Origin: an uncultured Ruminococcus sp.
Lineage (GTDB): Bacteria > Bacillota > Clostridia > Oscillospirales > Acutalibacteraceae
Direction: 5' to 3'
NCBI GenBank assembly: GCA_902762375.1
Contig: CACWNY010000027.1
Coordinates: 11,400-75,399, forward strand
Length of the DNA: 64,000 nucleotides
Shown here: in pieces, positions 46,608-56,223 of the stretch
Position numbering within the stretch: position 1 is the first letter of the stretch
How the letters are laid out: every line of letters begins with the position of its first letter
Notes under the pieces: generated by a model
What the model was told of the DNA's origin: nothing
The model's input: the letters and a program-made list of their open reading frames with translations, nothing else
Database searches by the model: none
Made by a program: the position numbers and the translations under genes

Positions 46608-46842
46608 TTTCTACCTGAGAGTTAAAAATCAAATAGTTATTGTCAAAATTTGCTTTGCAAATTTTGTTTTGAATTTTTATCTGTTAAAGGGCTTCGCCCT
46701 TTAAAATCCCACAAGGGGTTTCACCCCTTGACCCCACCACTTTTTGAAAAAAGTGGACAAAAACTTTTAATTGTCATAGCTAAAGGTTGTTTTTCTCTAA
46801 TCAGGCATTTCAGAAAATTATTTCAACCGTTACAGGTGGAAA
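46608..46842 (-). repeat. MPE locus 20, complete 235-bp monomer with ~20-bp imperfect terminal inverted repeats
   Basis: Left TTTCTACCTGAGAGTTAAAAA and right TTTCAACCGTTACAGGTGGAAA. The internal order is E-D-C-B-A followed by a 50-nt A-side extension. Confidence 0.9.
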
Positions 46843-46943
46843 TTTTTTGATTTTTTGTCGAATAAGAAAAGTTTGTCTATTGCAGGAAAATTAAGACAAT
46901 GCTATAATCATAGAAAATGATAGATTTACGGAGAAAAACAGCT

Positions 46944-49307
46944 ATGACAGATTACGAAAAAGGACTGTCCGAACAAGAAGTCCGAAAGCGTTTGGAAAAC
47001 GGTCAATATAACAAAGCGGATAATTTTGAAACCAAGTCATTTTTACAGATTTTAAAAGATAATGTCTGTACGCTGTTCAATGCGATGAATTTATTTTTAG
47101 CGATAGCGGTTATCAGTGTAGGGTCATATAAAAACATTATGTTTATGATGGTAGTGATTATCAATGCTCTGATAGGTACTGTTCAGGAACTGCGGGCAAA
47201 AAAAACTATCGAAAAACTTTCCATTGTCGGCAAACAGAAAATCAAAGTCTTGCGTGACGGCAAGATTATCGAAGTCGATACAGAAGAACTGGTACTTGAC
47301 GATATATTTTTTCTGGAAAATGGCAATCAGGTTCCTACAGACTGTGTTGTGATAGAGGGCAGTTGTGAAGTCAATGAGTCCTTACTGACGGGAGAATCTG
47401 ATGCTGTGTTCAAAAATCCCGCTGACAAATTAATTTCAGGAAGTTTCATTGTCAGCGGAAAATGTAAGGTACAGGCGGAAAAAGTCGGTGGGGATAACTA
47501 TGCTTCTCATATTTTCAAAGGAGCAAGATATGTCAAAAAGGTCAATTCCCAGATTATGCAATCGCTTAATCTGATTATTAAAACAATGTCCATTGTCATT
47601 CTCCCTGTAGGAACACTGCTTTTTTTAAGACAGTATTTTGTCAGTAACGATATCCGACAATCTGTGATAGGTTCAGTCGGAGCATTGATTGGTATGATAC
47701 CCGAAGGTCTGATACTCCTGACAAGTACGGTTCTGGCGGTGGGGGTTATCCGTCTGTCAAAACAGAAAGTTCTCACACAGGAAATGCTTTGTATCGAAAC
47801 TTTAGCAAGAGTAGATGTCTTATGCCTGGATAAAACAGGTACGATTACCGAAGGTTGTATGGAAGTCAGCAAAATTATTCCTACAAATAACAGTACATCT
47901 GAACAACTGGAAAAGGCTTTATATGCACTTGGTCAGTGTTCACAGGATAATAACCCTACTATCAATGCAATCCGTGAGAAATTTTCAGGAAATACTACGC
48001 TTACACCTCAAAATATTATGCCTTTTTCGTCCGAAAAAAAATGGTCGGGAATTTATTTCGGTGAGGATATCGGCACTTATCTTATCGGTGCAGAAGAATT
48101 TTTATTGGGTGGTAAAAACAGTGAAATTCAGAAGATTATCAGAGATATTCCCAAAGGCTATCGTGTGATTACTGTAGCTTATTCGGAAAACAATTTTCAA
48201 GAAAGAAATCTGCCCGAAAATGTCGTACCGCTTGGTATAGTTGTGCTGAGGGATAAAATTCGTAAGGAAGCAAAAGCAACACTGGAATATTTTGACAAAC
48301 AAGGTGTGACAATTAAAGTGATTTCGGGGGATAATCCCGAAACGGTTTCCGCTGTAGCAGAACAGGCTGGGGTCAAAAACTATGATAAAGTAGTTGACGC
48401 AACTACCTTACAGACAGAAGAAGATATCTTTGACGCTGTAGAAAAATACACCGTATTCGGCAGGGTAACACCGAAACAGAAATTACAGATGGTGAAAGCC
48501 TTACAGAAACACTCCCACACAGTAGCAATGACAGGTGACGGTGTTAATGATGTACTGGCACTAAAAGAGGCAGATTGTTCCATTGCGATGGCAAGTGGTA
48601 GTGAGTCGGCAAGGTGTGTTGCCCAACTGGTTTTGCTCGATTCCAATTTTGCCTCCATGCCGAAAGTTCTGGCCGAAGGCAGACGCTCTATCAATAATAT
48701 CCAGCGTTCCGCCTCACTGTTTCTGGTCAAGACCATATTTTCTACAATACTTGCTGTTATTTTTGTGTTCTGGGGTCAACAGTACCCTTTCTCTCCCATT
48801 CAGATGACTTTGGTCAATGCGTTCTGTATCGGTTTCCCGTCATTCGTGCTGGCTCTTGAACCCAATGAAGATATGGTCAAAGGTAATTTCCTGATGAACA
48901 TTCTCAACAAAGCCGTTCCAGGAGGTATAACGGTTGTATTTGCGGTTGTCATGGTGAAAATTCTGGAAATATTCTGTCAGTTCGATGCAGAATTTTCTTC
49001 TACTCTCGCCGTTTCACTGACTGCCTTTACAGGATTGATGGTCATTTTCAAAACAAGTCTGCCGTTTAATCTTATCCGCAGTCTGATGTTTGCCATTTCG
49101 GTAAGCGGTATGGTATTCGGAATTACTTACTCCAAATTCGTTATCCGAAAATTTATAGGTATTCATAACTTTTTCGGATTTGTGGATATGTCACAGACTT
49201 TTTTAGTTTATTTTCTGATTGGTGCAGGCGTAAGTATAGGGATTTTTTTGACGGTTACTTTCCTTCGAAAAAAATTATTTGACAGGTTTAAGGGCTGCCA
49301 CCCTTAA
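46944..49307 (+). CDS. cation-transporting P-type ATPase
   Basis: TGES, CLDKTGTITEG, MTGDGVNDVLALKEADCSIAM. Start at 46944 or 46917. The last codons FKGCHP* lie in the D hairpin of a repeat element. Confidence 0.87.
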   Translation: MTDYEKGLSEQEVRKRLENGQYNKADNFETKSFLQILKDNVCTLFNAMNLFLAIAVISVGSYKNIMFMMVVIINALIGTVQELRAKKTIEKLSIVGKQKIKVLRDGKIIEVDTEELVLDDIFFLENGNQVPTDCVVIEGSCEVNESLLTGESDAVFKNPADKLISGSFIVSGKCKVQAEKVGGDNYASHIFKGARYVKKVNSQIMQSLNLIIKTMSIVILPVGTLLFLRQYFVSNDIRQSVIGSVGALIGMIPEGLILLTSTVLAVGVIRLSKQKVLTQEMLCIETLARVDVLCLDKTGTITEGCMEVSKIIPTNNSTSEQLEKALYALGQCSQDNNPTINAIREKFSGNTTLTPQNIMPFSSEKKWSGIYFGEDIGTYLIGAEEFLLGGKNSEIQKIIRDIPKGYRVITVAYSENNFQERNLPENVVPLGIVVLRDKIRKEAKATLEYFDKQGVTIKVISGDNPETVSAVAEQAGVKNYDKVVDATTLQTEEDIFDAVEKYTVFGRVTPKQKLQMVKALQKHSHTVAMTGDGVNDVLALKEADCSIAMASGSESARCVAQLVLLDSNFASMPKVLAEGRRSINNIQRSASLFLVKTIFSTILAVIFVFWGQQYPFSPIQMTLVNAFCIGFPSFVLALEPNEDMVKGNFLMNILNKAVPGGITVVFAVVMVKILEIFCQFDAEFSSTLAVSLTAFTGLMVIFKTSLPFNLIRSLMFAISVSGMVFGITYSKFVIRKFIGIHNFFGFVDMSQTFLVYFLIGAGVSIGIFLTVTFLRKKLFDRFKGCHP

Positions 49308-49590
49308 AAATCCTGCTAAGGGGCTGCCGCCCCTTAACCCCGCCCACTTTTCCCCCAAAAGTGGACAAAAAACTTTTATGGCTCACTTCGTTCGGATTGC
49401 TATCTCAAAGTATAGCGATGACAATTAAAAGTTTTTGTCGAACTTTTTTCAAAAAGTTCGTGGGGTTCAGGGGCAAAGCCCCTGATGGGATTTTTAAGGG
49501 CAAAGCCCGATTTTTAAGGGCAAAGCCCTTAAACTCCCCGAAATTCCAAACAAAATTTGCGTAAGCAAATTTTGACATTATCTGTTCTGA
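49287..49590. repeat. MPE locus 21, head-to-head dimer
   Basis: Left arm is D-C-B(CCAC). Linker GGCTCACTTCGTTCGGATTGCTATCTCAAAG. Right arm is A-B(CGAAC)-C-D with a 20-bp duplication, then E. The left D hairpin contains the ATPase stop codon. Confidence 0.9.
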
Positions 49591-49704
49591 CAAAGACGAA
49601 TGTTATAAAAGAAAAACGGTAAATTGTATTTTTGAAAAATACAATTTGCCGTTTCTTTTCATAGCCGTACTGGGGAAAAATCCCCATACCCCATTATAAA
49701 CTCA

Positions 49705-51498
49705 TTACTGAATAGGTTCAAAATCCGCTACACCGTGTTTGCAAAGCGGACAGATGAAATCATCAGGCAAATCGCCTTCGTGAACATATCCGCATACTTT
49801 ACATACCCAACCTTTTTTACCTTCGGTCTGGGGTTTGGGTTTGACATTGTTCTGATAATAGGTATAAGTCATCGTTTCCTTATCAGAAACAACTCTCGCC
49901 TCACTCACACTACAAATGAACATACCATGTGTATCAAGGTCGATATAGTCCTCAACTTTCAGCGACATAAAAGAATTGATATACTTGTTCAGGAATACAA
50001 GACCGTTGTCAGAACGGAGTTTTTCATAATCAACAAACTTATCCGTATTTCTGCCACTCTGGAAACCGAAATTCTCAAATACACTGAACGGTGCCTCTAC
50101 CGAAAGACAGTTGACATTCATCATACCTGTCTGTTTGATGACATGATGAGAATAATTCTGTTTGTTGATGCAGACAGCAACTCTGTTAGGTGTACTTGTG
50201 ACCTGCGTTACAGTATTGACAATAAGACCGTTATCCTTTTTGCCGTCATTGGAAGTCACTACATACAGACCATAGCCGATATTAAAGAGAGCTTTAAGGT
50301 CATTTTTATTAGCGGTTTCCTCGTGTTGAGCCATATAGTCCATACAAAGTTCGTTGGCAAGTTTTTCAAGCTGGTCTTTGCTGTCCTGATTGAGTGCGGA
50401 AAGAATTTTAACATTGTTTTCCGTATAGGTAATTTTCTTACAGCCTTCAAGCATTTTCCTGATGACCTTGTTCGCCATAGGAGCCCACGAGCCGTTTTCA
50501 ATAATAGCAACTGTTCTGTTCTGGAAATTGCGTTCGGTGAGGTGTTCGATGAACTCTCGCATAAAGGGGAAAATATCCGCATTGTAGGTAGTGGTAGCCA
50601 GTACAATTCTGCCATAACGGAAAGCGTCCTCTACAGCTTCTGCCATGTCGCACCTTGCCAAATCGTTGACAACAACTTTCGGACAACCCTTTACCCTTAA
50701 TTTTTCTGCCAGAATTTCCACAGCTTTTTTGGTATTGCCGTATACGGAAGTGTAGGCAATCATCACACCGTCACTTTCTACACCATAACTTGACCATGTG
50801 TTGTACAGTCCTAAATAGTAACCCAGATTTTCTGTCAGTACAGGACCATGTAACGGACAAATGATTTCGATATCCAGTTTAGTTGTCTTTTTGAGCAATG
50901 CCTGTACCTGCATACCGTATTTTCCGACAATACCTATATAGTAGCGTCTTGCCTCACAAGCCCAGTCTTCGTCAACATCTAAAGCACCGAATTTTCCGAA
51001 ACCGTCTGCCGAAAACAGTACCTTATCCTTGCTGTCATAAGTGACAATAACTTCGGGCCAATGTACCATAGGTGCAGTAACAAAAGTCAGGGTATGTGTA
51101 CCTAAGTCTAAGGTATCTCCCTCACCCACAACAATTCTTCTTTCTGCAAAGTCCGTACCGAAAAAGTTTTTCATCATGTTGAATGCCTTTGCCGAAGATA
51201 CAACTGTTGCCTCAGGATAGTTCTTTAAGAACACCTCGATATTAGCAGAGTGGTCTGGTTCCATATGCTGAACAACAAGATAGTCAGGGTTTCTGCCTTG
51301 CAGAGCGTCTTCGACATTGTTCAGCCATTCGTGGGTGAAGTTGCGGTCAACCGTATCCATAACCGCAATTTTTTCGTCCATGATAACATAGGAGTTGTAC
51401 GCCATACCGTTGGGAACATCATACTGTCCCTCAAACAGGTCAATTTTATGGTCGTTTACGCCTACATACTTGATGTCATTGGTGATATTCATTTGCAA
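49705..51498 (-). CDS. multidomain flavodiiron protein (metallo-beta-lactamase + flavodoxin + flavin-reductase-like + rubredoxin)
   Basis: HMEPDHS diiron site, flavodoxin-like YTSVYGNTKK, a flavin-reductase-like middle domain, and C-terminal rubredoxin WVCKVCGYVHEG...CPLCKH. Confidence 0.85.
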   Translation of the reverse strand: MQMNITNDIKYVGVNDHKIDLFEGQYDVPNGMAYNSYVIMDEKIAVMDTVDRNFTHEWLNNVEDALQGRNPDYLVVQHMEPDHSANIEVFLKNYPEATVVSSAKAFNMMKNFFGTDFAERRIVVGEGDTLDLGTHTLTFVTAPMVHWPEVIVTYDSKDKVLFSADGFGKFGALDVDEDWACEARRYYIGIVGKYGMQVQALLKKTTKLDIEIICPLHGPVLTENLGYYLGLYNTWSSYGVESDGVMIAYTSVYGNTKKAVEILAEKLRVKGCPKVVVNDLARCDMAEAVEDAFRYGRIVLATTTYNADIFPFMREFIEHLTERNFQNRTVAIIENGSWAPMANKVIRKMLEGCKKITYTENNVKILSALNQDSKDQLEKLANELCMDYMAQHEETANKNDLKALFNIGYGLYVVTSNDGKKDNGLIVNTVTQVTSTPNRVAVCINKQNYSHHVIKQTGMMNVNCLSVEAPFSVFENFGFQSGRNTDKFVDYEKLRSDNGLVFLNKYINSFMSLKVEDYIDLDTHGMFICSVSEARVVSDKETMTYTYYQNNVKPKPQTEGKKGWVCKVCGYVHEGDLPDDFICPLCKHGVADFEPIQ

Positions 51499-51523
51499 AA
51501 CCTCCGTAATCTGTAAAATGAAT

Positions 51524-51689
51524 CCAACTGTGCGGTTAAAAATCCAATAGTTACTGTCAAAATTTGCTTACGCAAATTTTGTTTGGATTTGGGGAGTTTA
51601 AGGGCTTTGCCCTTAAAAATCCCACAAGGGGCTTTGCCCCTTGACCCCACAAGCCTTTGAAAAGGCTTGACCGAAACTTTTAATTGTCA
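51524..51689 (-). repeat. MPE locus 22, T-E-D-C-B-A
   Basis: CCAACTGTGCGGTTAAAAA terminus. B is the CAAGCC/GGCTTG variant. Confidence 0.9.
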
Positions 51690-51878
51690 TTTGTCCTCAT
51701 TGTAGCATATTCATTTCTGTTTTTCAACAAAAATTGGAAAATCAATTTGCAAATTTTGTGTGAATTTAAAAAATTCTTTTTCAGAAAAAATCCGCATAAT
51801 TCTGTCAAAGAAAAATCGCTGTGTTAATTCGGCGATTATGAGGCAAAATAACATCAGCACGAAAACGGAGGTGTTATT

Positions 51879-53072
51879 TTGAAAAAATTTGTCAGATTGT
51901 TTACCACAGTGACAACATTCTTTTGTGCAATAATTTTCACGGCAGGTACTGTACTGGGAAATATCTTGCCGTCTGATTATTATACTGACCGTCTGGGGTC
52001 ACAATCTCTTGCAGTATACGGTGTCACTCTCAATACCTACAAAAACGAAAATCAGGAAATTTCGGGAAAGTTGATGTTCGGGAATATTTTTCCGATTAAA
52101 ACCGTCAATATTCAGCTCAAACCCAACGAAACCGTTATTCCCTGTGGAAACCCGTTTGGTATACGCCTGTTTACAGAAGGTGTGATGGTAGTCAAAACGG
52201 AAAAAATGACCGTAAACGGTAAAACCTATCACCCTGCAAAAGAGGCTGGGATAGAAACAGGTGATGTAATTACTTATGCCAACGGAAAAAAAATCACCTG
52301 TACAGAAGATTTACCTGTAGCGGTCAACGAAAGCAAAGGAAAACCCGTCACATTACGGATAGTCCGCAACCATAAGACCATAGCCAAAACTGTTATGCCT
52401 GTCAAGACCAACGAAAACTATAAAATCGGAATATGGGTGCGTGACAGTTCGGCTGGCATAGGTACAATGACTTTTTATCACAGCGAAAGTCATGCTTTTG
52501 GTGGATTAGGTCACGGGATTTGCGATACCGATACAGGACAGCTCATGCCATTGGCACAGGGAGAAGTCACAGGTGCAGAAATCGAAAGTATCACCAAAGC
52601 TAAATCAGGTGTAGCAGGAACACTTAACGGACATCACTGTGAAAATTTATGTAAAGGTTATGTAATAAGCAACTGTGAAGCAGGTATTTTCGGTTATATA
52701 CAGACTTCCCCTGTCAACCATCAACCATTGCCCATCGCTTACAAACAGCAACTTCAGACAGGAAAAGCAAAAATAATCACCACTATCGACAATACCTCTC
52801 CAAAATATTACGATGTAGAAATATGTTCCATCAACTATAACGAAAGCAACAAAACCAAAAATATCGTCATTCAGGTCACAGACAAAGAACTTTTACGCAA
52901 GACCAACGGTATTGTACAAGGTATGAGTGGAAGTCCCATTATACAGAACAATCGTTTAGTAGGAGCAGTCACTCATGTATTTGTCAACGAACCCTCCAAA
53001 GGTTACGGTATTTTTGCCGAAAACATGATTTCCGCTTTCAACACCGAAAGCCTTAAATCTTCGCCGTGTTAA
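51879..53072 (+). CDS. spoIVB: SpoIVB peptidase (S55)
   Basis: PDZ region (GIETGDVITYANGKKI) and S55 catalytic region GIVQGMSGSPIIQNNRLVGAVTHVF. TTG start follows GGAGGTG. The stop TAA lies in the D hairpin of a repeat element. Confidence 0.87.
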   Translation: MKKFVRLFTTVTTFFCAIIFTAGTVLGNILPSDYYTDRLGSQSLAVYGVTLNTYKNENQEISGKLMFGNIFPIKTVNIQLKPNETVIPCGNPFGIRLFTEGVMVVKTEKMTVNGKTYHPAKEAGIETGDVITYANGKKITCTEDLPVAVNESKGKPVTLRIVRNHKTIAKTVMPVKTNENYKIGIWVRDSSAGIGTMTFYHSESHAFGGLGHGICDTDTGQLMPLAQGEVTGAEIESITKAKSGVAGTLNGHHCENLCKGYVISNCEAGIFGYIQTSPVNHQPLPIAYKQQLQTGKAKIITTIDNTSPKYYDVEICSINYNESNKTKNIVIQVTDKELLRKTNGIVQGMSGSPIIQNNRLVGAVTHVFVNEPSKGYGIFAENMISAFNTESLKSSPC

Positions 53073-53295
53073 GGGCGTTGCCCTTAACAGTTCCATCAGG
53101 GGCGTTGCCCCTGAACCCCACGAACTTGCCCTCAAAAGTTCGACAAAAACTTTCAAGGTTTACTCCATTCGGATTGTTTATCTAAGTATCAGCTATGACA
53201 ATTAAAAGTTTTTTGTCCACTTTTTTTCAAAAAAGTGGGCGGGGTTAAGGGGTGGCAACCCCTTAGCAGGATTTTTAAGGGCAAAGCCCTTAAAT
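53068..53295. repeat. MPE locus 23, head-to-head dimer
   Basis: Left arm is D (containing the spoIVB stop codon), C, and B(CGAAC with loop GCCCTC). Linker GGTTTACTCCATTCGGATTGTTTATCTAAG. Right arm is A-B(CCAC)-C-D. Confidence 0.9.
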
Positions 53296-53301
53296 AAACG
53301 G

Positions 53302-53730
53302 CTATTCAAGAGGAGCTAAGCCGTATTCGGAAAGTTTTATGTTGGTATTGATAACAGAAATGTGGTGTGCAATAGAAAAGGCTATGATGGAATCTCTGGT
53401 ATCACGGACATACAACGGAGCATAACCGCTTTTTTTGAGAAGTTGCTGAGTTTCGTCTGTCGTCAGCGATAAACCGAAACATAACATAATTACCTTATCT
53501 CTGGAAATTTTCTTGTTTGATTTTCCCTGAAGAATTTCATAGCAATATTCCCGTTTCATACCTGAATTTTTGACCACATCTTTTTTTAGGATATGTTTCT
53601 TTGCCATGAAATAATTGATAAGTTCGGTGAGTGTACCGAAAAAAATTTCGTTGTCGTTTTCCTGAAAGTAGTCCTCTACCGTTTTTTTGGATTTCAGAAT
53701 TTTCATCAGTTCATCTGTACTTTTTTTCAT
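53302..53730 (-). CDS. putative HTH-type regulator (XRE-like)
   Basis: ATG 53730 follows AAAGGA. LKKDVVKNSGMKREYCYEILQGKSNKKISRDKVIMLCFGLSL is an HTH-like segment. Divergent from the Ser/Thr kinase gene. Confidence 0.5.
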   Translation of the reverse strand: MKKSTDELMKILKSKKTVEDYFQENDNEIFFGTLTELINYFMAKKHILKKDVVKNSGMKREYCYEILQGKSNKKISRDKVIMLCFGLSLTTDETQQLLKKSGYAPLYVRDTRDSIIAFSIAHHISVINTNIKLSEYGLAPLE

Positions 53731-53806
53731 ATTGCTATTCCTTTCTCTGACAAGTTGTGATAAAATATTTCTATTAGCATTTTGGAAAACAGGCGGTGAT
53801 TTTTGT

Positions 53807-54853
53807 ATGAATACTGAACAGTTATGGGATTTTTCGATTGTGAGCAGAATTTCAAAGGATATCCGACTGATACGCAACAACATCAGCAATGAAATGATGA
53901 TACAGCGTTTCTCTGCCATAGATACCTATGATACTCTGAAAGCTATCGTTACTATCAGACACCCTAATCTGATGACAGTTTATGATGTGGTCAAAAAAGA
54001 CGGTGTATGTGTAAGTATCTGCGAATTTATCAGCGGTACAACATTGCAATTCCATGTGGAAAATACAGGAATTTATCCTGTTGATACGGTGAAAAAAATT
54101 ATGTATCAGGTCTGTGACGGATTGTCTGTGTTACATAAGAACGGCATTGTTCACCGTGATATCAAACCCGAAAATATTATGATGGATAACAACGGTAATG
54201 TCAAAATTATTGATTACGATATTACACGAATCATCAAATCGCAACAAAATCACGATACCAATATTTTAGGTACGGCAGGTTATGCCTCTCCTGAACATTT
54301 CGGCTTTTCGCAGACCACCCACAAAGCGGACATTTATTCTTGTGGTGTATTGATGAACTATCTGCTGACGGCAAAACTCCCTAACGAAAAACTCTATCAG
54401 GGAAATCTGACCCCTGTTATTCAGAAATGTATCGAAATTGATGAGAAAAACCGTTTCGACAGCATTGACGATTTGAAAAAGGCAATTCTCAAAGAAAAAG
54501 CAAATATCAGTGAAATTCAATTCCGTCCTTTACCAGGATTTCGTGGCAAACATATTTTACCCAAAATTCTCATGACGATTGTTATTCTTATGTGGTTTTT
54601 GATTTTTTTTAATTTTATCAGGTCATTTCCGTCATTTCTTAATCCGGGAAAATATGATAATCCTCGTTTACAAATTATAAATTTTATTAATATTTTGTTT
54701 TTCTGGAGTGCTATACCCTATTTTCTGTTTGGTGATATTTTCAGATTGTCAGAAAAAATTTATCCTAAAAATCCAAAAACAGGACGATTTATTCAAAAGG
54801 CTTTGGGTTACATCAGCTTTATCTTAGGAATTATCCTTACTTATTTCAGGTAA
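53807..54853 (+). CDS. Ser/Thr protein kinase with C-terminal membrane domain
   Basis: HRDIKPENIMM, DYDIT (DFG-like), GTAGYASPE. The last ~90 aa are hydrophobic. Confidence 0.8.
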   Translation: MNTEQLWDFSIVSRISKDIRLIRNNISNEMMIQRFSAIDTYDTLKAIVTIRHPNLMTVYDVVKKDGVCVSICEFISGTTLQFHVENTGIYPVDTVKKIMYQVCDGLSVLHKNGIVHRDIKPENIMMDNNGNVKIIDYDITRIIKSQQNHDTNILGTAGYASPEHFGFSQTTHKADIYSCGVLMNYLLTAKLPNEKLYQGNLTPVIQKCIEIDEKNRFDSIDDLKKAILKEKANISEIQFRPLPGFRGKHILPKILMTIVILMWFLIFFNFIRSFPSFLNPGKYDNPRLQIINFINILFFWSAIPYFLFGDIFRLSEKIYPKNPKTGRFIQKALGYISFILGIILTYFR

Positions 54854-54970
54854 TATGATTATAACACATAAAAATCAAAAAATGTATGCTGTCAGCATAC
54901 CAAAAAATTAAAGTAATCTTGTATGATATAGCTACAAGGTTACTTTTTTATTTTACAGGAGGTAATGACC

Positions 54971-55885
54971 ATGAAAAAAAGAAAATATATTGCTATTATT
55001 TTAGCAGGAATGATGTTATTGTCGGCAACAGCGGTACTTGGCGGTTGTGGAAAAGAAACAGAAACTGTCGCACAGACCTCAAGCATTATATTGTACGATG
55101 ACACAAGCGAGGAAGAAACTGAAGAAGAAACTGAGGAAGAAACCGAAGAGGACACCGAAGAAGAAACTGAAGAAGAAACTGAAAAGAAAACCGAAGCTCC
55201 TACCGAAAAACCTACACCGAAACCGACAGAAAAACCTACTTCAAAACCTACAAACAAAACAAGTACCTCAAATACATCAATTCTTTCAGCAGAGGATTTA
55301 GAAAGCGTATTAGATGAAGATATCCAAAAAACTACTGACACCCTTAAAGAAAGATTTTCACAAATTTCTGTCAATTCCTATACTGATTATATCAACAATT
55401 ATAGTACAATAGAAAAATTATATGAGGATATTGCTACAGAAACTCAAAAATTATGTGGAAGATTATATCAATACACCTATGAATATGCAATAGTGATTAT
55501 GTCATCAGAAAAATCAAGCAAGAAAAAATATAGTGATTTTGAAGAAATAGAAGATTACATATATGAAGATGCGTGTGACGAAATCAACGATGAAATTTAT
55601 GAGGGATTACTTGACGATATGCAGGACGCTTTCTATGAAGGTGTATTGGATAAAGACGATGATAGCAGTTCATTCGATGACTGGTGGGAAACAAAATCTA
55701 ATGAATATGATATTTGGTATGATACAAGGTCAAGTGTATATGACAGTTATTATGATACAAAATCTGATATTTATGATTTCTGTTATGATATGAGAAGTTG
55801 TTTGTATGATGATAAAACTGACCGTGCTGAAAAGAAAATGGAAAAATTCAAAGAAAAAGTTGAAAAAGTCAATAGTGGTTTATAA
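54971..55885 (+). CDS. lipoprotein with acidic E/T-rich repeat linker
   Basis: MKKRKYIAIILAGMMLLSATAVLGGC lipobox, an (EETE)n and (TEKPT)n low-complexity stretch, and a D/Y-rich C-terminal domain. Confidence 0.6.
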   Translation: MKKRKYIAIILAGMMLLSATAVLGGCGKETETVAQTSSIILYDDTSEEETEEETEEETEEDTEEETEEETEKKTEAPTEKPTPKPTEKPTSKPTNKTSTSNTSILSAEDLESVLDEDIQKTTDTLKERFSQISVNSYTDYINNYSTIEKLYEDIATETQKLCGRLYQYTYEYAIVIMSSEKSSKKKYSDFEEIEDYIYEDACDEINDEIYEGLLDDMQDAFYEGVLDKDDDSSSFDDWWETKSNEYDIWYDTRSSVYDSYYDTKSDIYDFCYDMRSCLYDDKTDRAEKKMEKFKEKVEKVNSGL

Positions 55886-55913
55886 AAATTAAATAAAACT
55901 GTATCAGATGATG

Positions 55914-55947
55914 AAAATGCCGTTATGATAACGGCATTTTTATTTTT
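55914..55947 (+). terminator. intrinsic terminator after the lipoprotein gene
   Basis: AAAATGCCGTTA-TGA-TAACGGCATTTT followed by TATTTTT. Confidence 0.8.
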
Positions 55948-55954
55948 GGTATTA

Positions 55955-56092
55955 TATCAAAATTTGCTTACGCAAATTTTGTTTAATTTTGGGTAGTTTA
56001 AGGGCTTTGCCCTTAAAAATCCCACAAGGGGCTTTGCCCCTTGACCCCACAAGCCTTTGAAAAGGCTTGACCGAAACTTTTAATTGTCATAG
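55955..56092 (-). repeat. MPE locus 24, E-D-C-B-A
   Basis: Nearly identical to locus 22 over E-D-C-B(CAAGCC)-A. Confidence 0.9.
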
Positions 56093-56116
56093 TCATACGA
56101 TGGGATTTTATCAATA

Positions 56117-56147
56117 ATTACGCATTACGCATTACGAATTACGAATT
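56117..56147. repeat. 7-bp tandem repeat (ATTACGC x2, ATTACGA x2)
   Basis: Read directly: ATTACGCATTACGCATTACGAATTACGAATT. Ends about 18 nt upstream of the putative -35 of FHA-rodA. Confidence 0.8.
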
Positions 56148-56164
56148 TATTAACACCCTGTTTC

Positions 56165-56193
56165 TTGACATAGAGGAAATAAAGGGATAAGAT
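56165..56193 (+). promoter_or_regulatory. promoter for FHA-rodA/pbp
   Basis: TTGACA, 17 nt, TAAGAT. Confidence 0.4.
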
Positions 56194-56223
56194 GTAAGCA
56201 TAAAAAGGAAAGAGGGTGTGTTA

